A stretch of 64,000 nucleotides of DNA from a virus. The position numbers and the translations under genes were made by a program. Below the pieces are notes generated by a model that saw nothing but the letters and a program-made list of their open reading frames with translations, made no database searches and was not told the origin of the DNA. The stretch lies in the IMG/VR virus record IMGVR_UViG_3300023184_000048, positions 52,742-116,741 of that record, one strand, 5' to 3'. Below are positions 1 to 9,455 of this stretch, piece by piece; within the stretch, counting starts at the first letter, position 1; every line of letters starts with the position of its first letter.

Positions 1-804
1 GCAACATTTAGGTATGTCGATGTTATGCGATATTTCCTTAAGCTTTATTATGCCAAGGATGGCGAAATTTATGTGAAAGGGTTTATCAGTCATGATGACG
101 AAACTGATAAGTTTAGACTCGACCTACTTTCTAAAATTTATTCCGAGAATGACAAGAATACAATTGAAGCATTTGCTTTGGGTGACTTGACGGATAAGAT
201 TGATACAAATAATCCAAATAATCCTCAATCTGGTCCTCCAGTTGGTGAGTATATCGGCGCAATGAAAAACTTAGGATATTCCACACCATTTTATGGATGG
301 ACTTCTGATTATTTTATTAATAGTCTTGTTTTTGGTTATGATCAGATTCTTGGTGAACATAAGATTCTTAAGATTAAATTTGAAGATATTAAGAAAAAAT
401 GGCAAACAAAATTCGTAGATGTGTTTAAGAGTATTTCGGGAGCACCAAAACCATTTGCTATCAAGAATAATTCTACTGATGAAAAGTTCAAAAGATATAA
501 ATTTCCTTATCCGGTGGAGGATGGTGTGAAAATGGTCGAGGCTGATATTCATAATGCTTTGACATTCTACAACTTGCAAGCATCCTTCTCAAATATTGGA
601 AGCACTTTGAGAAGATCTGGAAAATTTGTGGACATTTTCTCGACAAGAGGTGAACAACACCTTAAAAGTGATGAGAAGATCCTTGGGAGGTGGTATGTCA
701 CCGAAGTTCGACACATTTTCTTTGCTGATCTTTACACCAACCAATTATTCTGTTGTAAGACTTACGTAGGCCCAAATAATCTTTTGAATCATGAGGTCGA
801 TTGA
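1..804 (+). CDS. Baseplate hub/tail protein-like, C-terminal part (5' truncated by window)
   Basis: Frame open from base 1. C-terminal GRWYVTEVRHIF..LYTNQLFCCK resembles the gp27/hub-like terminal beta-barrel. Confidence 0.4.
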   Translation, partial: ATFRYVDVMRYFLKLYYAKDGEIYVKGFISHDDETDKFRLDLLSKIYSENDKNTIEAFALGDLTDKIDTNNPNNPQSGPPVGEYIGAMKNLGYSTPFYGWTSDYFINSLVFGYDQILGEHKILKIKFEDIKKKWQTKFVDVFKSISGAPKPFAIKNNSTDEKFKRYKFPYPVEDGVKMVEADIHNALTFYNLQASFSNIGSTLRRSGKFVDIFSTRGEQHLKSDEKILGRWYVTEVRHIFFADLYTNQLFCCKTYVGPNNLLNHEVD

Positions 805-834
805 CTTTATTAAAAACTAGAATATCATCAGGGC

Positions 835-1191
835 ATGGGTAAAATTAAATTCAGAGCTTGGACTGGTGAGAGATTCGTGGATGAAGATTATTTCTATATA
901 AGATATGGAAAGGTTTACACGATTACAGAATTTGATGGACTGGTCGATAAAAAATGGATTCCTCAACAATACACTGGATTAAAAGATCTTAATAAAAAGG
1001 AGATTTATGAGGGTGATGTTTTCGAAGGGTCTACTTATAAATGGGAAGCTGTAGAATTCAAAGATGGTAGGTTCCAAGTCAACCTCATGGGGGCTAGAGT
1101 ATATTCTTTGGAAGAGTTGTGTTGTGATATGGATCATATGCCACCAACAGTGATTGGGAATATTTTCGAAAATCCTGAGCTTCTTAAATAA
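835..1191 (+). CDS. YopX family protein
   Basis: IKFRAW...QYTGLKD.NKKEIYEGD...VIGNIFENPELL signature. Confidence 0.9.
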   Translation: MGKIKFRAWTGERFVDEDYFYIRYGKVYTITEFDGLVDKKWIPQQYTGLKDLNKKEIYEGDVFEGSTYKWEAVEFKDGRFQVNLMGARVYSLEELCCDMDHMPPTVIGNIFENPELLK

Positions 1192-1196
1192 TATAA

Positions 1197-1661
1197 GTGC
1201 TTCCTTTTAACAAAACATTCAATGATCTGATTTTGGAATATGCTCCAACCATGACATTGACAACTGATCAATATTACTCAGAATTGAGTAATTATCTTGG
1301 ACAGTTTGGAATGCATCTTGGTGAGAATAAATTCAATCCTGATTTAGATTATGTGAATCGTAAACAGATGGGAATTTATAAAGGTAAAGATCAAATCGGT
1401 AAAATTGAATTAAGAGTCATCAAAAATGTTTTAGTCCTTGATCATATTAAAAGTTATGGAAATTATTATAAAGAAAAGTTTGGACTGGTTGGAAAGATCT
1501 ACCCATTCCATTATCAGATGGCTCTACTTCACAATCTTACAGTTAAATCGAATGCTGTGAATGATATTACTTATAATGCTTTCCTAAAAACATTTAAAGA
1601 TTTCCAGATTAATAAAAAAGGCGCAAAATTAACAGCAATTCCGATAAACGATGAAATATAA
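1197..1661 (+). CDS. Hypothetical protein
   Basis: GTG start 6 nt after TAAATA. Confidence 0.7.
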   Translation: MLPFNKTFNDLILEYAPTMTLTTDQYYSELSNYLGQFGMHLGENKFNPDLDYVNRKQMGIYKGKDQIGKIELRVIKNVLVLDHIKSYGNYYKEKFGLVGKIYPFHYQMALLHNLTVKSNAVNDITYNAFLKTFKDFQINKKGAKLTAIPINDEI

Positions 1662-1663
1662 AA

Positions 1664-1915
1664 ATGAATGATAAACAAAGAGAGAAGAGACATAAAAAGA
1701 ATCAAAAGTCCAAACTCAAAAAGAAACTATTGAAGGAGATTAGACTTGATAAGTTTATTTTATGTTGTAGGCATAATTTGGTGGAATGGGGTTGCGACTG
1801 CTTCGCTGGGTGTGATTCCTGTGATTATGATAAACAATGTTCAAAGTGTCAAAGTCTTTACAGCCCATCAGATCGGGTAAACTTCTTAAATATTCTTTGT
1901 GATAAACACCATTGA
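1664..1915 (+). CDS. Hypothetical Lys/Cys-rich protein
   Basis: ORF track; basic N-terminus and several CxxC-like pairs. Confidence 0.6.
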   Translation: MNDKQREKRHKKNQKSKLKKKLLKEIRLDKFILCCRHNLVEWGCDCFAGCDSCDYDKQCSKCQSLYSPSDRVNFLNILCDKHH

Positions 1916-2819
1916 AATCCTCAGATCTATCCTTTTTACCAAGGAGGATTTAGCTGATATCACAAATCTTGGTGATACTTTTTCCGATAAAGATATCGAG
2001 TTCATGATCGAGTTCAAAAAGATTTATGAACTTGGTTTGGGGCAACTCAAAAAATTTTTAACAAAGCTTGATGAGGAGGGAAAAGACCTTGATACATATT
2101 CGATTCTTTATTATGTAGATATTCTGAATAATGGCCCTCTTGGATCATATGTAAGAGAATACACCAAAGATAAAAAGTATTTCAATAATACACCAGATAC
2201 TTTGGGGATAAACGGTAACAATAACTATTCTCCAATGAACATAGCAATGATTGGTGATCAATCTTATTCATTAGGATGTCATAATGATACCTATAATAAA
2301 TTGCCTAAATTTATCCAAGATGGGTTGAAAACAGCAGTATCAAAGACTGAAGATTTATTTAGAAGTTGTGTGAAGAGTTCCACAGTGGTAGATAACACTT
2401 TACCACTCGTTGACAAAGATGCACAATCAAGATCTGACCTAGAATCTAAAGGAGAATGGGTGAAAAAATCAATAGGTTCTTATTGTGTAAAAGATTCTTT
2501 TTATTATTTGGCGATTAAGAAGATCAATCAACAGATCTATGATAAGGTCAAAGAAGAATTGGGTGAAGAAGATTTCAGAGTGTTCTCAGATAAGAAAAAA
2601 TACGATCCATTCTCCTCTGAACAAAATGAATCAACATCAACCAATACGAAAATTGAAAAGAATTTTATTGATGGTGAAGACACTCAAAAGATTACTTTAG
2701 ATCTTCTTGGTGATGTATTTGATTCTGAGGAGAAACGTAAGGCAAGTTTGAAAATTTCAAATGTTTCTAAAGACAAGTATTATAAATTGAACTCAAATGA
2801 GGGTGTTCTCGGAGTTTGA
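1899..2819 (+). CDS. Hypothetical protein (possibly virion)
   Basis: 306-aa ORF; GTG 6 nt after TAAATA. Confidence 0.75.
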   Translation: MINTIEILRSILFTKEDLADITNLGDTFSDKDIEFMIEFKKIYELGLGQLKKFLTKLDEEGKDLDTYSILYYVDILNNGPLGSYVREYTKDKKYFNNTPDTLGINGNNNYSPMNIAMIGDQSYSLGCHNDTYNKLPKFIQDGLKTAVSKTEDLFRSCVKSSTVVDNTLPLVDKDAQSRSDLESKGEWVKKSIGSYCVKDSFYYLAIKKINQQIYDKVKEELGEEDFRVFSDKKKYDPFSSEQNESTSTNTKIEKNFIDGEDTQKITLDLLGDVFDSEEKRKASLKISNVSKDKYYKLNSNEGVLGV

Positions 2820-2875
2820 GTTCTTGACATTATTAAAAACTAGTTTATAATTTGTCTTCTTGATAAAATAATACT

Positions 2876-3523
2876 ATGCCATATCTAAATCATAACATTC
2901 CAACAATCACTTGTTTGATGAGAAACCAATTTCTTTTCAATCATGAAAGTGGGTTCGGTGAATATACGCCATGCGATGTTCATAGTGTCGCATCAATCGA
3001 AAAAAGAGTTCCATTATTCGAAGCTTTTTTAACCAATGGGGTCAATTGGACAAGACGACCAATCACAGCATTTTGTTGGAAAGAGTGTGATCCCGTGCCG
3101 TTACATCGTGCCATGTATTGGGATTGCTTTAGTCCATATATCGATGTCCAGATAAGAACAAGATTAAAAGGTCTTAGAGCCAAACTGATTACACCAGATG
3201 GAGATAAAGAATGGGGTGAATATATGTTTACTCTTGATTGGGGTTGGGAGAATAAATCCATTCTTGATACAAATTTTTCTGAAACACCAGAACATAAATG
3301 CGCCCATTTATTTAAAATGGATAATGGAAATTTTTATGCTTATCCCAATAATAGAATTATCTGGCATGATAAAGCGTGGACCGACATCTTACTTGATAAA
3401 AATCCGGGTTACAGAATTGATATGAATGTGTATAGTGTAGAAAACAATTGTTTGCAAAATACCGATTATAGTTATATGACTGAGTTCACCTCTCCAAAAA
3501 ATTTAGAACTTAAACGTCAATAG
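2876..3523 (+). CDS. Conserved phage hypothetical protein
   Basis: MPYLNHNIP..., YWDCFS, YMFTLDW, HKCAH..NG.F.AYPNNRI.W motifs recalled from T4-like marine/freshwater phages. Confidence 0.75.
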   Translation: MPYLNHNIPTITCLMRNQFLFNHESGFGEYTPCDVHSVASIEKRVPLFEAFLTNGVNWTRRPITAFCWKECDPVPLHRAMYWDCFSPYIDVQIRTRLKGLRAKLITPDGDKEWGEYMFTLDWGWENKSILDTNFSETPEHKCAHLFKMDNGNFYAYPNNRIIWHDKAWTDILLDKNPGYRIDMNVYSVENNCLQNTDYSYMTEFTSPKNLELKRQ

Positions 3524-4010
3524 CCGAAATCTTCTCAACTTCTTTTTCATCAACTTTACTTCTCTTAAACATCTCCTTGAGAAGATCTTCTCTGGAAATG
3601 AATAATCCTGACTTATTACCAAGTAATTCATTTTCATTATCAGAAACTTTAGCTTCGATTCTCATTTGCTCGATTTCCTTCTTGGTTTTATTTGAATTAT
3701 CAGCAAGTTGAATCTTGGATAAAGTGTTGACAGCATTGACTAAAGCATTTACGAGAGTTGCAGTTGATTCAACCATTTTAGAATCTCCTCCAGCTTCTAC
3801 ATCAAGTTTCAAAGATTGAACCATATCCACACAATCATGAATAATCGTTGAAGTTTTTTGAATAACGAAATCTTCCAGTTCTTCTCTTTTGAGTTCGGGA
3901 TGATCTTTTTTGACACGATTCAAAGAATTTGATTGATTTTTGATCTGGTTGATGATACTATCAACATCACGGTCGAGTTCATCATCAAAGTCATCTTCAG
4001 CATTATTCAT
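3510..4010 (-). CDS. Terminase small subunit-like (T4 gp16-like) protein
   Basis: Two long helices joined by GGDSKMVE and C-terminal GLFISREDLLK resemble gp16; late-type TAAATA-N5-ATG. Confidence 0.5.
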   Translation of the reverse strand: MNNAEDDFDDELDRDVDSIINQIKNQSNSLNRVKKDHPELKREELEDFVIQKTSTIIHDCVDMVQSLKLDVEAGGDSKMVESTATLVNALVNAVNTLSKIQLADNSNKTKKEIEQMRIEAKVSDNENELLGNKSGLFISREDLLKEMFKRSKVDEKEVEKISAIDV

Positions 4011-4015
4011 AAAAA

Positions 4016-4021
4016 TATTTA
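4016..4021 (-). promoter_or_regulatory. Late-type promoter TAAATA, 5 nt before ATG 4010
   Basis: Minus-strand TAAATA-TTTTT-ATG. Confidence 0.6.
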
Positions 4022-4051
4022 ATCTAAATATCCTTATATATCAACCCCTAT

Positions 4052-5113
4052 ATGAAAAAACTACTTTTATCACTTTTGTTAATTTCACAAATCTACGCTG
4101 ATGTCACAACATCTGGTATGAAGATTCTACCTAGACAAGATGCTCCGACTGATGGAACTATCAAGACTTATGAAGTTTTGAAATCTCCCGATGGAACTAA
4201 CTGGACTTCGGTTACAAACGGAACTCTTGTGAATGATAAAATCGAGAAAACTATAACCTTTCCACAAACAACTTCCAGATTCTTTAAATTAAAGGCTTTA
4301 TCAGAAGCTAATGGAAGTAAAAACTGTGCTATTTCTGAAATCAACCTAGTATTCAATAATACTAATTTGGATAGATCAAAATGGGTTGTATCAGCAGATT
4401 CAAGCACAGCACAAACTGGTAATAATTGGGGTGTTCCTAATTACGCCATTGATGGAAATGTTAATACTTTTTGGATGACTAAGTGGGAGACAGGCGGGAC
4501 ACTTTATCCACATGAATTTATTATTGATACAGGAACTTCCACTGTCACACCACCAGTCATTACGAACCCTAATGAATCTGGTCCGATTGTTACATTGACA
4601 TGGAATCCAAATCCCGAGACAAATATAACAACATATATCGTATCTTGGGGAGAATCTACCAAGAATTATACAAAGTCTTTGAATTCCTCAACAACCACTA
4701 TAACAATTCCCGGATTTGTTGTTGATAAGACTTATTATTTTGTAATTAGAGCAAAGAATGATAGAGGATTGGAGAGTTTAAATTCTGATGAATTGGCTGT
4801 TAAGATTATCGATAAGAATTTCCCAACAGCACCAATGCCTCCAGAAATTGCAAAGCCTGAAAGGTTTATTGAAGTCTCTATGACGATCAATAAATTGAAT
4901 CCTATTTCATTGGGGAAAATTCCTTATCCAGAAATTACAGGACAAAAATATAAAACATTGATCATCACAGAGAACGATCCAAAGTTCCCATCAACCACAA
5001 GATTTGTAAATGTTTTGATGATACTTCCGGGTGAAATTGAATACAAATCTATTGGAAAAATTCCATATCCAGTAGTGAAAGGACAGTCCTACACCTCCAA
5101 AATCACTAAATAA
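4052..5113 (+). CDS. Secreted protein: signal peptide + permuted F5/8C (discoidin/CBM32) + fibronectin type III + duplicated C-terminal motif
   Basis: MKKLLLSLLLISQIYA signal; PRQD..YEVLKSPDGTNW..SEINL and AIDGNVNTFW..PHEFIIDTG; FN3 TLTWNPNP..YYFVIRAKN..ES; GKIPYP repeated twice. Confidence 0.8.
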   Translation: MKKLLLSLLLISQIYADVTTSGMKILPRQDAPTDGTIKTYEVLKSPDGTNWTSVTNGTLVNDKIEKTITFPQTTSRFFKLKALSEANGSKNCAISEINLVFNNTNLDRSKWVVSADSSTAQTGNNWGVPNYAIDGNVNTFWMTKWETGGTLYPHEFIIDTGTSTVTPPVITNPNESGPIVTLTWNPNPETNITTYIVSWGESTKNYTKSLNSSTTTITIPGFVVDKTYYFVIRAKNDRGLESLNSDELAVKIIDKNFPTAPMPPEIAKPERFIEVSMTINKLNPISLGKIPYPEITGQKYKTLIITENDPKFPSTTRFVNVLMILPGEIEYKSIGKIPYPVVKGQSYTSKITK

Positions 5114-5120
5114 TTTTATA

Positions 5121-5336
5121 ATGAATTTTAAAGTAAAATATGTCATCAAACCTAATCATGTGGAGAAATCCTATGATATTTTTGAGAAAGATTGGAGGGG
5201 AGGGTTGACTTTCCACTCCCATCGTGATACTTATGAAGAAGCTCAGGAGGTTGTGGATGATTTAAATACCAAACCTTCCAAGATCGAAACTCTAAAATTC
5301 CTCAAGGATTTGACGAGTAATCTAAAACAAAAATAA
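5121..5336 (+). CDS. Hypothetical protein
   Basis: ORF track, operon spacing. Confidence 0.7.
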   Translation: MNFKVKYVIKPNHVEKSYDIFEKDWRGGLTFHSHRDTYEEAQEVVDDLNTKPSKIETLKFLKDLTSNLKQK

Positions 5337-5338
5337 TT

Positions 5339-6415
5339 ATGGATATCAAAAATCAGGTAATAGCCGCAAGACACAATGGAATGACTTATTCTCAAATTTA
5401 TGATGAATTTGGAATTGCCAAAAGCACAGCCCGAGATTGGTATTCTCGATACATTGAAGATTCTTATCAAGAAATTATCAATGACTCAGACACACCTGTT
5501 GGTTATGTCAACGACAATTTGCAAAGAGATAAACCTTCCAGATTCAAAAAGACTGAGGATGAAGTTCTTGAATTTTTGGCACAATTAGCTCCAATCAAGG
5601 TTACGCCAAAATATGAAAATCAATCGACAATTACTTTGAGTGATTATGCTGTTGTTGGGTCAGATTTCCACTTCGGTTGTCATGATCCAAAAGCGATTGA
5701 TATTTTCTTGGAAACCATTTTTCAAATTAAACCCAAGACTATTATTCTTAATGGTGATACCATGGATTTCTTAGCTATTTCAAAATATCCAAAGGATCTG
5801 AAACATAATTGGTCACTTCAAAAAGAGCGTGAAGAGTATCATGCATTCTTGGATGAATTGATTGGTGTATCTGGTGGTGCTGATATATATGAAACCGTCT
5901 CAAATCACTCAGGACAGTCCGTAGGTGGAAGATGGAGGCGTTACCTATCTGATAGAATTGGAGAGCTTGCTTGCCTACCAGAGATCACAGAAACACTAAG
6001 TTATGAGAATGTCTTCATGGGTGATTATAAGAACCGTATTAAGCATGTCGATTATGTTGATCTAAATGGTCTAATTGTTACTCATGGTGAAACAGTTAGA
6101 AGTGCTGGTGGTGCTTCATGTCTAGCAGAAGTTAATAAATGGGGTGCTAGTATCTTACATGGTCATACTCACAGGTTGGGAATGTCGGTAAAAAGAATTC
6201 CAGCTATTGGTAATAGAAGTGAACAACAATTATACGGATTTGAATCGGGGTGTCTTTGTTCATTAGATGCCGCATATGGTAGCGGAATGAACTGGAATCA
6301 AGGTTTTAGTATAGTAAGTCTTGATCAGGATGGTCATACTTTTGGGGTCGAGCAAGTTTCAATTATCGGTGGAGTTTCAAATATTTCAACTTTGGGAAAA
6401 ACTATCAGAGTCTGA
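5339..6415 (+). CDS. HTH + calcineurin-like metallophosphoesterase
   Basis: N-terminal HTH (TYSQIYDEFGIAKSTARDW); SDFH, NGD, SNH (usually GNH), THG, GHTHR motifs. Confidence 0.85.
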   Translation: MDIKNQVIAARHNGMTYSQIYDEFGIAKSTARDWYSRYIEDSYQEIINDSDTPVGYVNDNLQRDKPSRFKKTEDEVLEFLAQLAPIKVTPKYENQSTITLSDYAVVGSDFHFGCHDPKAIDIFLETIFQIKPKTIILNGDTMDFLAISKYPKDLKHNWSLQKEREEYHAFLDELIGVSGGADIYETVSNHSGQSVGGRWRRYLSDRIGELACLPEITETLSYENVFMGDYKNRIKHVDYVDLNGLIVTHGETVRSAGGASCLAEVNKWGASILHGHTHRLGMSVKRIPAIGNRSEQQLYGFESGCLCSLDAAYGSGMNWNQGFSIVSLDQDGHTFGVEQVSIIGGVSNISTLGKTIRV

Positions 6416-7054
6416 ATAAATCCATTTAAACCCTTTGTGGGTTTTCTTTCTTCCCCGACAGCAATGAACAATCATACTATGCATTGTCCCTAATTCATTA
6501 CAGCATTCTTGAATAGAATTCCATTCTTTGATGAAAGAATTATCCAGTGTGAGTTGATGAATTTTTCTAGTTTTTGGTATTATATGATTCATACCTCTTC
6601 TCTTTAGAAATATTAGTTGACTCAATGATAAAGTCTTACCTTTATGGCTAATTGACATTTTATTTTTGGTTTCCGTGGAGTGTTTTTTGCCTATCATCTT
6701 TATTCGTTGATCTTCTGGCATTTTTCCTTTTATATAGTCGGCACCCACACCACCATCAGAAAAATTCACCAGAGTCCCCTCATTTGTATTCCTCTTTCCA
6801 TATAGTTTAATAAAGTCTGTTTCTTTTGAAGAGATTTCGTCTTTTGAAAGATTTATACACATGATTTCAACTTCATAAGCAGTTTTTGAGGTTATACTGT
6901 TCCAGAAAGCACTCCTACCTCTTGTTTCAAACGCTCTTTTAAATCTTTTATTTTCATTTTTAGCACTAACACCAACATAAAAAACTTCATTGGTGTCTAA
7001 TCTAATGTGACGATACAAATATCCAGTATTTTGATTATCCCTTTTCAATTTCAT
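6386..7054 (-). CDS. GIY-YIG homing endonuclease with NUMOD3/NUMOD1-type DNA-binding domains
   Basis: YLYRHIR..EVFYVG, R.KR, E..FIK.YG, N; KHSTETKNKMS; C-terminal WNSIQECC..KTHKGFKW. Confidence 0.85.
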   Translation of the reverse strand: MKLKRDNQNTGYLYRHIRLDTNEVFYVGVSAKNENKRFKRAFETRGRSAFWNSITSKTAYEVEIMCINLSKDEISSKETDFIKLYGKRNTNEGTLVNFSDGGVGADYIKGKMPEDQRIKMIGKKHSTETKNKMSISHKGKTLSLSQLIFLKRRGMNHIIPKTRKIHQLTLDNSFIKEWNSIQECCNELGTMHSMIVHCCRGRKKTHKGFKWIYSDSDSFSQS

Positions 7055-7266
7055 TGTTCATCATCCTTTCTAATGATATAACCTTTACTTTTAAGAATAT
7101 CACTTATATTAATCCAAATATCCTCATCTTCTTTAAAATTATTACTAATATAAATAGTTCCATTCTCTAGCTGAGATGCTTCAGGTATCAACCCTTGTTT
7201 GAAATGATTGTAAGCTGTTCTATAAGTTATTCCCTTCTCCTTCGCGTAATCCGATAATTTCATCAT
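7051..7266 (-). CDS. Small HTH protein resembling the IS607 TnpA N-terminal DNA-binding domain
   Basis: MKLSDYAKEKGITYRTAYNHFKQGLIP..QL.NGTI; no serine-recombinase domain follows. Confidence 0.7.
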   Translation of the reverse strand: MMKLSDYAKEKGITYRTAYNHFKQGLIPEASQLENGTIYISNNFKEDEDIWINISDILKSKGYIIRKDDEQ

Positions 7267-7271
7267 ATAAT

Positions 7272-7277
7272 TATTTA
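7272..7277 (-). promoter_or_regulatory. Late-type promoter TAAATA, 5 nt before ATG 7266
   Basis: Minus-strand CTAAATA-ATTAT-ATG. Confidence 0.6.
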
Positions 7278-7341
7278 GTATATTTTACATATTTTTACAT
7301 ATTTTTCTTGAATTAATTAAAAACTAGAATACAATACGGCT

Positions 7342-7803
7342 ATGTTAAATCAATTTCATAAAAATAATTTGAAAGAGCAATGGGAAATCGATTTGGCTAA
7401 TGATTTTCCCGAATTTTTCCTAGAACCTTCAGAAGAGGTTTTGAAAATATGGGAGGAATATCATGAGACTGGTGATATGCCTAGAAATAAAGAAGACCTA
7501 TGCAACCTTAGATATGGTATGGAATTCAGGTCAGGTTGGTCAGGAATTGCTAGAGATCATTTTGAATCTATCAGAAAACTTATCCAAAAGGCTAAGGATA
7601 ATGGACATGATCTGGGTTATAAAGGTTTCATCATCAAACAAAAATGGCACACCTTGAGGGATCAGAGTGATCTTATTGGAGAAGATCGAAAGTTGTATTA
7701 TAAGGAATATTCTAATTTGGTGGAAGATCTTTATGATAAATCAACCAAGGTTGATGAAAAAACAGGAGAACCAATTAATCAAGCTTTTGAACGATTATTT
7801 TAA
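7342..7803 (+). CDS. Conserved phage hypothetical protein
   Basis: Cassette-N6-ATG; EFRSGW..IKQKW resembles the common phage GDGW..VKEKFG family. Confidence 0.75.
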   Translation: MLNQFHKNNLKEQWEIDLANDFPEFFLEPSEEVLKIWEEYHETGDMPRNKEDLCNLRYGMEFRSGWSGIARDHFESIRKLIQKAKDNGHDLGYKGFIIKQKWHTLRDQSDLIGEDRKLYYKEYSNLVEDLYDKSTKVDEKTGEPINQAFERLF

Positions 7804-7805
7804 TT

Positions 7806-8051
7806 ATGAAAAAGACTTATAGAGGATGTGAAATCTATTCCAACCGCGAAAAGTGCTTAGGTGGATGGTCGCAAGTTTATTGGGGTGCTTTCGATCTAAA
7901 GGATGGGTATCAAATTTCGTGTGATCACACTGAAGGACCAGTGAAAGACGGCGTGTTATATGCTAAGACATCAGTAGATGAATATCTAGATGAATATAAG
8001 TCTGATCAAGATAAACATTCTGATCGTTGGTCATCTCTTTATAAATATTAA
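7806..8051 (+). CDS. Hypothetical protein
   Basis: ORF track. Confidence 0.7.
   Translation: MKKTYRGCEIYSNREKCLGGWSQVYWGAFDLKDGYQISCDHTEGPVKDGVLYAKTSVDEYLDEYKSDQDKHSDRWSSLYKY
8040..8047 (+). promoter_or_regulatory. T4-type late promoter TATAAATA, 5 nt before ATG 8053
   Basis: Exact T4 gp55 consensus. Confidence 0.7.
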
Positions 8052-8052
8052 C

Positions 8053-8802
8053 ATGAATTTTAAAATGTTTTTTGAGAAAAATATTTCTAATCCTCTGAGG
8101 AAACAGCAGATCAAAGATGAAGGTGGTTACGAATTTCCAACTTCAGAAAATAAAAGAACCAAGATTGATGGAAAGTATCGTAAGATATATGAACACCAAG
8201 GAATTCAAGTTTTCTTAGACAGAACAATTACTTCTGATTTCTCACAAAGTTCATATAATATGAGAATGGTGAGATATTCAGTAAATGCTCTTTTAAGAGA
8301 ATTGAGAGGCATCATTCCTAATAAAAAAGGCAGGATAGTAATTACTGATGTGAGTCAAAACCCACTTGTTGGAAATAACATGACTACTGGTAAATCTGGT
8401 GGATTTTATCGTGATCGTATTGTTTATATTGATGAGTTTAGTGTGGATGATCCCAACATTTGGAAACATGAATATGCTCATTATGTTGCTGATTTGATCC
8501 CGAAACAAACTGAGCCGATGTTGTATAAGGCTTATCAAGAATTACTAGATTCTTATTGGAAAAAGGCTAAGAAGAAGAGAAGACCCAATTTAGAACCAGA
8601 AGACCCAAGTTTTGTGGTCAGTGTGATGAAGGCGGAAAATATGAGAAGGAATATTTCTAAGAAATTGGGATTTCCAAGTTACGGATTAATGAACGAACAT
8701 GAATTTTTTGCAGTCCTTATAGAAAACTGGAGTTCTCTTAGAAATGATCGAAACACGTATAAGTTTAAATCATTAGTGAAAGTTGTTCTTGGTAGATTGT
8801 GA
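8053..8802 (+). CDS. Zincin-like metallopeptidase (HEXXH)
   Basis: WKHEYAHY plus downstream YG..NEHEFFA; start moved to ATG 8053 (MNFKMFFE). Confidence 0.7.
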   Translation: MNFKMFFEKNISNPLRKQQIKDEGGYEFPTSENKRTKIDGKYRKIYEHQGIQVFLDRTITSDFSQSSYNMRMVRYSVNALLRELRGIIPNKKGRIVITDVSQNPLVGNNMTTGKSGGFYRDRIVYIDEFSVDDPNIWKHEYAHYVADLIPKQTEPMLYKAYQELLDSYWKKAKKKRRPNLEPEDPSFVVSVMKAENMRRNISKKLGFPSYGLMNEHEFFAVLIENWSSLRNDRNTYKFKSLVKVVLGRL

Positions 8803-8856
8803 TTGACATTTTCAAAATTCGAATTAAATACATTTGAATCATAATTAATATGAGCA

Positions 8857-9051
8857 ATGAATAACGAAAAATACGAGGCAGTGGTTGGGGCATATACTTT
8901 TATGCTTGTGGACGATAATACGATTGAAATCTGGTCTGATGTATCAGCAGCCTATGCTGATTCTTTCATTTATCTAAAGAATGGGGAAATAAAGAATAGA
9001 AAAGATTTTGACATGGAAATTATGTCTTGGTATTCGAGAAACAGTAATTGA
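8857..9051 (+). CDS. Hypothetical protein
   Basis: ORF track. Confidence 0.7.
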   Translation: MNNEKYEAVVGAYTFMLVDDNTIEIWSDVSAAYADSFIYLKNGEIKNRKDFDMEIMSWYSRNSN

Positions 9052-9081
9052 CTTCATTAAAAACTAGGATATAATGTGGGA

Positions 9082-9282
9082 ATGAAAGACATTAAATTTT
9101 CACTTTTTATTGCGCTCACCTTTTGGTCTGCGATCATATCCAATGGCTGTTGGATTTTATTCACACAAACTCCAAAGTTAAATCAGTCAGTCTTCATTCT
9201 AATATTTTTGGTTACGCTTGGACTATCATTTGCATATGTTATTGTTTTAATTAATAAATTTGTAGATGATCTTGGCGAATGA
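9082..9282 (+). CDS. Hypothetical membrane protein (2 TM)
   Basis: ATG 6 nt after cassette -10; hydrophobic segments. Confidence 0.7.
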   Translation: MKDIKFSLFIALTFWSAIISNGCWILFTQTPKLNQSVFILIFLVTLGLSFAYVIVLINKFVDDLGE

Positions 9283-9455
9283 AAATTATCAGAATCATAA
9301 TAGCAATATTTCGTCTTAACAAGAGAATTGTATGCGAAGAATCCGCAGGCCGTTCGCTTGTAGATTTCCACGACTATCCAGATACTGAACATAAAACACC
9401 ATGGCATTTCACGACGCATATCTGCGAAAGATGCCATAAGAAATTCATTATATGA
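9279..9455 (+). CDS. Hypothetical small protein (58 aa)
   Basis: ATGA overlaps at both ends; ends in CERCH. Confidence 0.6.
   Translation: MKIIRIIIAIFRLNKRIVCEESAGRSLVDFHDYPDTEHKTPWHFTTHICERCHKKFII

Noticed and set aside
7051-7266. Intact IS607 element
   Set aside because: Only the HTH is present; no serine recombinase domain or TnpB
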